A stretch of DNA of 64,000 bases, taken from contig OZ242029.1 in the NCBI GenBank assembly GCA_965205015.1, forward strand, positions 4,576,001 through 4,640,000, in the 5' to 3' direction. The stretch comes from Candidatus Poribacteria bacterium. Its GTDB lineage: Bacteria > Poribacteria > WGA-4E > WGA-3G. The translations under genes and the position numbers were made by a program. A model generated the notes under the pieces. The model saw only the letters and a list, made by a program, of their open reading frames with translations. It had not been told where the DNA came from and searched no databases. This document shows positions 56,421-64,000 of the stretch, piece after piece (position 1 is the first letter of the stretch; each line of letters starts with the position of its first letter).

Positions 56421-58712
56421 TTAATCAATTGAAATCTGTTCAATTGCGTGAACAAACAACACGTCGTTGGCAGCCCCATAGGCTCGCAGCGTTTCCGCCA
56501 ATTTTTCAGAGTCAAGTTCTGCGCCTGTTAATCCCGCAATAACCAAATCGCTCTGAGACGACCGATGCTCTACCTCCTGTTCCAAAGCCTCCTGACTGCT
56601 GTAAGACACAGAAGTCACGTTATGCCTTGAAATCGGCAGTCGTCCTTCCTCCATTAGCATCGACAACCTGTTTGCTTCACGCACAGCGTCCGTTGCCTCG
56701 GAACAAGCAAAAAGTCGGATTTCAGCACGCCTCCAATCTGGGTGTCCAACAATGATATATGCAAGCAACAGCATCATCGGGGCATTTTTCAAGTTGTCCT
56801 CCGTCACCCACACGTCAATCAAAGAGCGATATCCAAAGCGATATCCGGTTGTTCGCAGGACCAAGACATTGAACAAGGAACTCGCGACCAGACGTATTCC
56901 TTCCTTAACCTCTTCAATCTCGTCAGGAGTGTCCCGATCGAACTCAAGGAGCACACAATTATTTGGCAATCCTGAAATTCCGGGCATTTGCAATATTTGT
57001 GCCAGCGCGAGTTTAAACGTCGGACAAATGACGGAATCGACGAAGATACCGGCTCTACTGACTTCTGTTCTTTTAATCAATTCATCCACATGGACCCGTG
57101 CCTGGAGTTCGCTGGAAAACGAGTAGTCCCCATGGAACAGACGGATGAAGTGCCCAAACCCGTGCCTGTGGCAAATCCAACGGAGCAAATCGAAATGTCC
57201 AAGTCGTCGTTCACCGAATCGGGTCACAGCGACAATCGAGGGGCGCCATCCCCCTTCAGACGAAATGACCCGACTTTTCTGCAAAGTAATCTGCAGCCAC
57301 CGGGTTAATTGAAACATCGTTCCTTGGAAGATTGCCGTCAAGTCGCGATGTCCCTTGTGGACTCTACGGAGCCCGAGGTAGGTCACCGCCATGAGTCCAA
57401 TTGAGATAAACGCATAGAGCGCGCTTATTTGGAACATCATCAAACCGCACATGACAGTCCCTAACAGAGATAAGTACCAGCGAGAATGGAAGGTAGGCCG
57501 ATAGGACGGATTGCTTGCAAAATGCTCAAGGAATGACACCGCACAGAGTGCACCGTATGTTACCATAAAGAACATCGTTAGGATCCGTGCGATAAAGTCC
57601 AATTCACCGATTGCCACAAACACGATGGCAATTATGCCGGATACAAATGTCGCATATACAGGTTCCTGCGACTCGCCTGCCCCTTTCTCCATAAGGCGGT
57701 TCAGCTGCGGAATAGGTAGCACATTGTCTCGGGCAAGCATTTGCAATGTTCTCGGAGCCACCATAATTGATCCAAGAGCAGAGGAGAACGCGGCAGCCCC
57801 CAATCCGACGTAGATAGCAGGCCCCCAGAGAGAAATTTTTGCCATGATAAACTCATCCCCATCAAGCACCTCAGGCGTCGCACTCTGTCCGAGCTTAATA
57901 GCGACCAGTACATAGATGACCATACCCGCAAATGTCGCAGCGATTGTGCCAAGTGGTATACTTCTTTGAGGGTTTTTCAGATCACCGGATAATCCGAGTC
58001 CTGCAATCATACCGGTGAAAGCAGGGAAGCATGTCGCAAAAACCACACCAAAACCATCAGGATTCTCGATACGTGCTGTAAGATTCAATCCGTCGGGTCG
58101 AATGGATTCAGCCCCTTGCCCAAACAGGAACGAAAATATTGAGACTGCGAGGATCGCACACACGACCCACAGCAGTCGAACCCCGATATCAGCTCCCTTC
58201 GTTAGCATCAGCACAAGCATCATAACAGTGAAAGGAAGACTTATCCAGCGAGGGTCAGGAATCAACCCATACGTCGTCGCGACCCAGTCATAAACAGGTT
58301 GAAAAGATTGCGCGAACGCCACAATATAAAAAGCGACCGAGATCGCTTGGGAGATATACAACGCAATTCCAATAGAACCTCCGATACTCTCACCAAAGGA
58401 TCGACTCACAATATAGTATGCGCCCCCCCCCGCCACGCGACGGTTCGTCGCAATTTCAGACACCGCCAGAACCGTCGGAACCGTCACAAGATGCCCAAGG
58501 GCTATGACCATGAGGCTCCCCCAGAGCCCCACATGTGCAACGGCGTAACCGAATCGCAAGAAGAGAATAGCCCCGAGGATAGTACTCACCGAAGCCAGGA
58601 ATACAGGAGCGGTCCCAAAACCGTGCCCGTGTTGGGAACCCGAAGCATCACTGCCCAGTTGAGATTCGGATTGTTGTCCAGGGTTTGAAAACATCGTCAA
58701 TTTTCCTTTCAT
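56421..58712 (-). CDS. Cation-chloride cotransporter (SLC12-like)/APC permease
   Basis: ILGAILFLR, IATN..V.GGGAYY..SRS.G, FPAFTG..AG...SGDLK.P.RSIP.GT, WRP cytosolic domain. Confidence 0.9.
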   Translation of the reverse strand: MKGKLTMFSNPGQQSESQLGSDASGSQHGHGFGTAPVFLASVSTILGAILFLRFGYAVAHVGLWGSLMVIALGHLVTVPTVLAVSEIATNRRVAGGGAYYIVSRSFGESIGGSIGIALYISQAISVAFYIVAFAQSFQPVYDWVATTYGLIPDPRWISLPFTVMMLVLMLTKGADIGVRLLWVVCAILAVSIFSFLFGQGAESIRPDGLNLTARIENPDGFGVVFATCFPAFTGMIAGLGLSGDLKNPQRSIPLGTIAATFAGMVIYVLVAIKLGQSATPEVLDGDEFIMAKISLWGPAIYVGLGAAAFSSALGSIMVAPRTLQMLARDNVLPIPQLNRLMEKGAGESQEPVYATFVSGIIAIVFVAIGELDFIARILTMFFMVTYGALCAVSFLEHFASNPSYRPTFHSRWYLSLLGTVMCGLMMFQISALYAFISIGLMAVTYLGLRRVHKGHRDLTAIFQGTMFQLTRWLQITLQKSRVISSEGGWRPSIVAVTRFGERRLGHFDLLRWICHRHGFGHFIRLFHGDYSFSSELQARVHVDELIKRTEVSRAGIFVDSVICPTFKLALAQILQMPGISGLPNNCVLLEFDRDTPDEIEEVKEGIRLVASSLFNVLVLRTTGYRFGYRSLIDVWVTEDNLKNAPMMLLLAYIIVGHPDWRRAEIRLFACSEATDAVREANRLSMLMEEGRLPISRHNVTSVSYSSQEALEQEVEHRSSQSDLVIAGLTGAELDSEKLAETLRAYGAANDVLFVHAIEQISID

Positions 58713-58728
58713 TCAAGGCACGACATTA

Positions 58729-58968
58729 CTACACTGTAACGCGCAGCACTGATAAACATGTGTAGTGCCATGTCTCTGTTAACGGTTCACTATTATAAGT
58801 CATAGCGCCACTTAAGCGCAACCTTAATCGAGTAGATAGACGCAATGTGATAGCAGGCTCTGCTGAAAATGTGAAGTTCTTGAAACCCACCTCTGGTGCG
58901 AATTTTAACGCCGTATTGAGCCTTCGCCGTCCGATAGATGAAAATACCAACCCCCGGTGGGTAGTCAT
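58729..58968 (-). pseudogene. Probable C-terminal remnant of a DUF481-type beta-barrel gene
   Basis: FKNFTFSAEPAITLRLSTRLRLRLSGAMTYNSEP aligns with FQDYRVLFEGSITFRLTTKLSFPLRVNFRYDSEP of 38645..39508. Confidence 0.55.
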
Positions 58969-58974
58969 ATAGTA

Positions 58975-59003
58975 ATCATATCCACTAACAGCGTATTTGT
59001 CAA
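58975..59003 (-). promoter_or_regulatory. sigma70 promoter for the cotransporter-mscS unit
   Basis: TTGACA-N17-TATGAT on the minus strand. Confidence 0.72.
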
Positions 59004-59033
59004 ACGAAACTGAGAAGCAACATCGTTTTCAAT

Positions 59034-59062
59034 TTGCCCAAAAAACGTATCCATGATACGAT
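59034..59062 (+). promoter_or_regulatory. Probable sigma70 promoter for the Gfo/Idh/MocA gene
   Basis: TTGCCC-N17-TACGAT with extended -10 TG. Confidence 0.5.
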
Positions 59063-59099
59063 AACGCATTAGATATTTTAGCCAAAGAAGGGGAACATT

Positions 59100-60287
59100 A
59101 TGGCGGTTCAAATTGCAATCATCGGCTGTGGTGGGATGGCAAACGGTCATCTCAACGCTTATCTCACAATACACCAAACGGCACCGGGTAAAGTAGAACT
59201 CGTCGCGATGTGCGATGAAGTTAAAGACCGAGCAGATCAGTTCGCTAACCGGGTTAAAGAGGTAACGGGTAAAAAACCTGCGGTATTTGACGACACCGAC
59301 ACAATGCTTGCAACAACGGATTTAGACGGCGCAGATATTTGCACATCGCATGCACACCACCATATCAACGCCATAAAGTGCCTCAACAGTGGCGTCAACG
59401 TCATGGTGGAGAAACCGATGGGTGTCACCGTCAAAGCCAGCCATGCGATCATTGCGGCAGCAAAAGCGAACAACAAAATCGCTGCAACTGCTGAGAACAT
59501 CCGTCGAATGCCGAGTCGGCGCACTGCGGAATGGTTAATGAACGAGAAACAGATGCTCGGAGATTTACGGATGTTTTCCGCCCAACACGCCTCCTATCGG
59601 GAACCGGAGCCGCAAAGTGATTGGCACTGGCGACTCGACCTAACCCTCGGCGGCGGTGGTATGGTGATGGATTCTGGGGCGCACTATTGTGATACCATCC
59701 GCTATCTCTTCGGCGACCCAGACACCGTGTACGGACGCGTTTGTCAATTTGAGGATTTGCAAGTTACCAAAGCCGGGCAACTCGTTAAGAACGAGCAAGA
59801 GGACACTTGGGTCGCAACCATCAACTTCAAAAATGGAGTCCTCGGACTCTGGACGTGTACATGGGCAGCCGTCGGACACGACTACCATCATGTTGTCTAC
59901 TACGGTAGCGAAGGATGCCTGCTCGATGATGGCGACATCTTTCACGGTCCGTTTGATGGCGCGGAAGTGATTCTTAAAGATGGCACTCGCCATAGCATGG
60001 AAAACCTTATCAGCGAATATAGGTCAAGTCTTTCGGATGAAGAAGAAGCGCGGCTCTTTCCCCACAACTTCACCGATGGAGTCGTCCTTGAATGCTACGA
60101 TTTCGCGGATGCAATAGAAAACAACCGTCCTCCCGAACTGGATGCAGAGGTAGGGCTTCGGGCGAAATCTATCTGCGAAGCGATCTACGAGTCTAATGCC
60201 TGTGGACAGGCAGTTGACTATGAAGAGGTCGTCGCAGGCAATATTGAAGTCTACCAGAAACCGATTAACGAACGGTGGAATCTCTAA
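59100..60287 (+). CDS. Gfo/Idh/MocA family oxidoreductase
   Basis: IIGCGGMA, VEKPM, GGG.VMD.GAH..D. Confidence 0.93.
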   Translation: MAVQIAIIGCGGMANGHLNAYLTIHQTAPGKVELVAMCDEVKDRADQFANRVKEVTGKKPAVFDDTDTMLATTDLDGADICTSHAHHHINAIKCLNSGVNVMVEKPMGVTVKASHAIIAAAKANNKIAATAENIRRMPSRRTAEWLMNEKQMLGDLRMFSAQHASYREPEPQSDWHWRLDLTLGGGGMVMDSGAHYCDTIRYLFGDPDTVYGRVCQFEDLQVTKAGQLVKNEQEDTWVATINFKNGVLGLWTCTWAAVGHDYHHVVYYGSEGCLLDDGDIFHGPFDGAEVILKDGTRHSMENLISEYRSSLSDEEEARLFPHNFTDGVVLECYDFADAIENNRPPELDAEVGLRAKSICEAIYESNACGQAVDYEEVVAGNIEVYQKPINERWNL

Positions 60288-61577
60288 TTGTCTAAACAGG
60301 AACGTTCCTCAACACAGCCCGCGGATGAACAACGGGACATTGGAAAACCGGTCGGCTATTTTGAACTGATTCTACAGAACGCTAACTTCCGCTGGCTCTG
60401 GGGCGGGCAAGTCGTCAGTCTACTCGGGGATTGGTTTAACCTCATCGCCTCTGCCATACTCATTGCTGAACTCACTGACTCTGGTCTCGCATTAGGCGTT
60501 CTGTTTACAATCCGAATGCTGGCTCCCTTCGCTGTTGCCCCGATTGCGGGGATATTCGCTGATAGATACAACCGGAAGCATCTGCTCATCATCACTGATC
60601 TCCTGCGCGCCGTCCTCGTTCTCGGATTTCTCTTTGTCCGAGACGCAAACGATATCTGGTTGCTTTATACGCTCACGACACTTCTGTTCGGTGTCAGCGG
60701 TTTCTTCAGTCCGGCACGGAGTGCTATCCTACCTGATATTACCTCCGCGCAAGAACTCGGCACTGCGAATACGCTTGGGGCAGCGACCTGGTCGGTGATG
60801 CTTGCCGTTGGTGCCGCCATCGGTGGTCTAACAACAGGTCTCTTTGGCAGTCAGACAGCCTTCGTTATTGACGGATTCACCTTTGCTATTTCAGCAGGAC
60901 TCTTGCTTAAGATTAGACTCCCGGGTTCGTCATCCACGGCTGGCGGGGTTCCGACGCGTGCGAAGTTAACGGCACTCCGTTATATGCTTCAGCATCCCGA
61001 CATTCTCATCATCGCCATGCATAAAGCAGCGATATCCCTTTTAATGTCCTCTGGCGTTCAGATTGTGTTGGTTGAGATCGCAAAAAATTATTTCGTTATT
61101 GGTGTCGGTGGCGCCCTGAGTTTAGGAATAATGTACTGTATGAACGGCATTGGCAGCGGCGTTGGGCCAATTCTCGCACGGCGTTGGACCGGCGACCGAG
61201 ACAGCCCCCTGAGAACAAGCATTAGTTGGGGTTACTTGATTGCGTCAATTGGAATAGCGATTACCGCTTCTCTTTATAATTTTGGAATGGTGCTTTTCGG
61301 TGGGCTCGTTCGGAGCATTGGTGGTGGCATCGCATGGGTATTTTCAACACAACTGCTGCTGCAACGTGCCCCAAACGAGATTCGAGGCCGTATCTTTGGC
61401 ACTGAGTTCGCCCTTTTCACACTCATGGGTGGCGCCAGCTCACTCATCACTGGCGCGCTATTAGACCGGTTTCAACTACAGGCTATCCTAAACGGCATGG
61501 CAGCACTCAACCTCATCCCAGCCCTGCTATGGTGGCTATGGTATAAACATCAGAGCCGGACCGGAGAGAAAAGGTAA
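60288..61577 (+). CDS. MFS transporter (DHA3/MFS_3-like)
   Basis: FR.LW.GQ.VS.LGDW, G.FADRYNRK, 12 TMs, RGR.F. Confidence 0.92.
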   Translation: MSKQERSSTQPADEQRDIGKPVGYFELILQNANFRWLWGGQVVSLLGDWFNLIASAILIAELTDSGLALGVLFTIRMLAPFAVAPIAGIFADRYNRKHLLIITDLLRAVLVLGFLFVRDANDIWLLYTLTTLLFGVSGFFSPARSAILPDITSAQELGTANTLGAATWSVMLAVGAAIGGLTTGLFGSQTAFVIDGFTFAISAGLLLKIRLPGSSSTAGGVPTRAKLTALRYMLQHPDILIIAMHKAAISLLMSSGVQIVLVEIAKNYFVIGVGGALSLGIMYCMNGIGSGVGPILARRWTGDRDSPLRTSISWGYLIASIGIAITASLYNFGMVLFGGLVRSIGGGIAWVFSTQLLLQRAPNEIRGRIFGTEFALFTLMGGASSLITGALLDRFQLQAILNGMAALNLIPALLWWLWYKHQSRTGEKR

Positions 61578-61579
61578 AG

Positions 61580-62173
61580 TTAAAATTCTTTCCATCTCTG
61601 AATCAATTCCGTATCTATCCCAAACTGATCCAAGATTTTTGTAACAACGAAGTTGAGTAGATCGTCCACGTTTTTGGGATAGTGATAAAATCCCGGCATC
61701 GCTGGTAACACGCAAACGCCCAGGCGCGACAATTTCAGCATGTTTTCCAGATGGATGGGACTTAAGGGCGTTTCACGCGGGACAACCACGAGTTTGCGAT
61801 TTTCCTTGATACATACATCCGCGGCGCGTTGGATAAGATTGCGCGATATTCCGCCAGCGATAGACGCAATGCTCCCCATACTACACGGCACAACGACCAT
61901 CCCTTCCGTCCGGAAAGAACCACTGGCAATCGGTGCGGCAATGTCGGATTGATGATGGTAAATAACTCGGTGTGAAGAAACACCAATCAGGGACTCCAAT
62001 TTGAAGTTGTCAAGGTCAACGTCAATCTGAAGTTCCTCTGACAAGGCACGCGCTCCAGATGAAGAAATTGTTAGGTGGACCTCTATATCCTCATGCGCCG
62101 TGAGCACTTGCAGCAGACGGACCCCATATATACCTGCGCTGGCGCCGGTGATGCCTACAATTAATCGCTTCAC
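61580..62173 (-). CDS. ubiX: Flavin prenyltransferase
   Basis: VGITGASAG.YG, IASGS, PCSM, NLI.RAADV..KE.R.L..VPRETPL, PGFY; GTG start after GGGAG. Confidence 0.95.
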   Translation of the reverse strand: MKRLIVGITGASAGIYGVRLLQVLTAHEDIEVHLTISSSGARALSEELQIDVDLDNFKLESLIGVSSHRVIYHHQSDIAAPIASGSFRTEGMVVVPCSMGSIASIAGGISRNLIQRAADVCIKENRKLVVVPRETPLSPIHLENMLKLSRLGVCVLPAMPGFYHYPKNVDDLLNFVVTKILDQFGIDTELIQRWKEF

Positions 62174-62286
62174 TGTATTAAAATCTCCCGTGAGAAAATC
62201 ATGCGCACCCTTCAAATCGTGCGTGCCTGCAAGCCGAAGAAAGCCCTATGTGCTGCCCTAAAACCGTCCCTGCCACGTGTGGTGTG

Positions 62287-63921
62287 TCAAGGAGTGTTTG
62301 AAGGGATTGCTTGTATGACTGGAATAACGTAACTCCGAATGTCCACATCTCCTACGGTTTCCATTTCCACGCGAGGTTCCGGTTTTTGTCGGTGATCAAA
62401 CACGACATAGTATCCTTCCGTCACGCCTTCCGACTTGAGATACGCCGATAGTTGCTGCTTTCCCATCTGGTAGCGGACATCCCCGCGCCAAATCTTTGTC
62501 TCAACGATATATTTCCGTCGATTGTGAGTGATACAGAGATCCATTTTGCCCGCCCCTGTTGGCACTTCAAAGGACATGACCCCGCCGACTGCCTTGACGA
62601 ATGAATCCAGATAGGTGAGGAGAAGATGCCTGCCGACATACTCTTGTGGCGTTTCTGGTACCTGGAGTATTTTGAAACCTACGCGTGTGATGAAATCCCG
62701 GAAGTTATCCAGAAGCCGCGCGATCTCAAGATGCCCTTCGGGTGTGAGATAATTTTGAAATTCGCCGGTCGTGTTCTCTGCAAAGTAGTCGCGCTCCAAT
62801 CCATTCACTGTTGGTGTGAACGCCTGCATAATGTGATGGAGATAGATAGGGTTAACAATCTCACATCTTCCATCAGTTCCATTTTGAATGACCCCATAAG
62901 TTGTGAGTTCACTGATAATATCGTCGTGTGGATTGAAGCGAACGCCTTCTTCATACGTCATGATTCGCATCAGGAGGCTTTCAAACTTCTGATTTTTGCG
63001 GACATTGATGATGAGATGATCGATGTTGGTGTTGCCCTTCTCAAGCAGCTGCCGATGTGCTGCTGTGAAGTGATCCAGCGTAATCCTCTCGGTTTTGGGA
63101 ACGTTCAGTTCTTCGGTAAGGATTTGTGCTGCGCGGTTGACGAGGAAAGGTTGTCCGTTCGTCTGTTTATGTAACATCTCAATGACTTCTGGTGCGAAGG
63201 ATTGTCCAACTTCCGCCGTATACTGCCCCAGGAGTTCACGGACCTGTTCGAGGGTAAAATTTGGCACGACGAACTCATCTTGGATATTGAAGGGTGAAAT
63301 AGAATCGTCATAGTTGAGTTGCCTGATATTCTTCACACCGACGATGCCAACGCTGTGCGGGCTGCGCGGCTTCCCGGCGACGTAAATGTGGCGAAGCGAG
63401 TGGAGAAACCCTTGCAGCACATCACGCGGAATGCCATCAAACTCGTCAATGAAAAGGACGACTCGCTGCGTGTGGGCAGGCGTTTGTGCTGCGTGCCGTC
63501 CATCACGCGACAGAAATTTTGCGAACTGCCGAAAGAATCTGCGCATAGCGCGGTGATCGGTAATCGGGTTGCGACTCTCCAAAAAGTCTGCTAATGGCAC
63601 AGAAGGCATCTCGCGGCGTTGCTCAAAAACGTTCTCTATCTGTTCGAGGATATCTTCATAGAGTCCTCTGTAAAAATCAGCGGCAGTTTCGTCCGCAGCC
63701 TCTTCAAAATTGAGTTGGATCGGAAAATAGTGTTGTTCCTGGGTTGTGAGCGTGTCCAAGGCGCGTTGAAAGAACGTTGTTTTTCCGGTCTGTCGAGGCG
63801 CGAAGATGACGATGTATTTTCCATTTTTGATGCGTTCGATGAAATCAGCAGTTTCTTTAGAGCGTGTGACAATATAGTTATCGTGAGGGTTGACAGGTCC
63901 CTGTGTTCCGAAGGTTCTCAC
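62287..63921 (-). CDS. AAA-like domain (AAA_35) protein with C-terminal PD-(D/E)XK nuclease fold
   Basis: APRQTGKT, IDEFD, SPFNI, GQP.LVN; G.MDL...YIVETK. Confidence 0.88.
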   Translation of the reverse strand: MRTFGTQGPVNPHDNYIVTRSKETADFIERIKNGKYIVIFAPRQTGKTTFFQRALDTLTTQEQHYFPIQLNFEEAADETAADFYRGLYEDILEQIENVFEQRREMPSVPLADFLESRNPITDHRAMRRFFRQFAKFLSRDGRHAAQTPAHTQRVVLFIDEFDGIPRDVLQGFLHSLRHIYVAGKPRSPHSVGIVGVKNIRQLNYDDSISPFNIQDEFVVPNFTLEQVRELLGQYTAEVGQSFAPEVIEMLHKQTNGQPFLVNRAAQILTEELNVPKTERITLDHFTAAHRQLLEKGNTNIDHLIINVRKNQKFESLLMRIMTYEEGVRFNPHDDIISELTTYGVIQNGTDGRCEIVNPIYLHHIMQAFTPTVNGLERDYFAENTTGEFQNYLTPEGHLEIARLLDNFRDFITRVGFKILQVPETPQEYVGRHLLLTYLDSFVKAVGGVMSFEVPTGAGKMDLCITHNRRKYIVETKIWRGDVRYQMGKQQLSAYLKSEGVTEGYYVVFDHRQKPEPRVEMETVGDVDIRSYVIPVIQAIPSNTP

Positions 63922-64000
63922 GATTTTTTTCTCCTTGCGAAGCGTTGGGGTAAGTTACTCCTACAGTTTTAGACCAAGCTATCAGAGGGGAAACTTTAGA

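Noticed and set aside
62287-63921. AAA-nuclease as a defined anti-phage system
   Set aside because: Single gene with no defence-island context visible; it cannot be assigned to a named system from sequence alone.
1-64000. tRNA, rRNA, IS/transposase or prophage genes
   Set aside because: None recognised by eye; tRNAscan-SE, Infernal and ISEScan would be needed to exclude them formally.

Overview
Gene-dense window (~50% GC by eye) from a Gram-negative bacterial chromosome, containing about 55 CDS. I found no rRNA, tRNA, CRISPR array, prophage or transposase. Housekeeping genes include lpxK, lpxB, argC, ubiX, M28/M32/HtrA peptidases, two MoxR AAA proteins and an expanded pstSCA-(K+ channel)-pstB-pstB-pstA'-pstB'-phoU locus. 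Accessory genes include a cyclase-STAND-TPR protein, tandem TPR-TlpA paralogues, a MazF-type toxin-antitoxin pair, a Uma2 nuclease, an AAA-PD(D/E)XK protein, a PhyH dioxygenase and a LarA-family enzyme. This gene repertoire and the C-terminal 'P..K...TWG.IK' tails suggest Candidatus Poribacteria or a related lineage (inference, not verified). Four features are not explained by the gene list. (1) Several small palindromic repeat families (GTAG-REP-like and heptamer-flanked MITE-like) lie both between genes and in-frame inside at least 8 proteins, including essential LpxK; two copies are flanked by 25-45 bp duplications of a gene's 3' end. (2) Three unrelated secreted proteins share a C-terminal W-containing tail, a candidate sorting signal. 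(3) A ~350-nt structured leader with an internal terminator follows a perfect sigma70 promoter. (4) The PstB pair shows complementary motif degeneracy.
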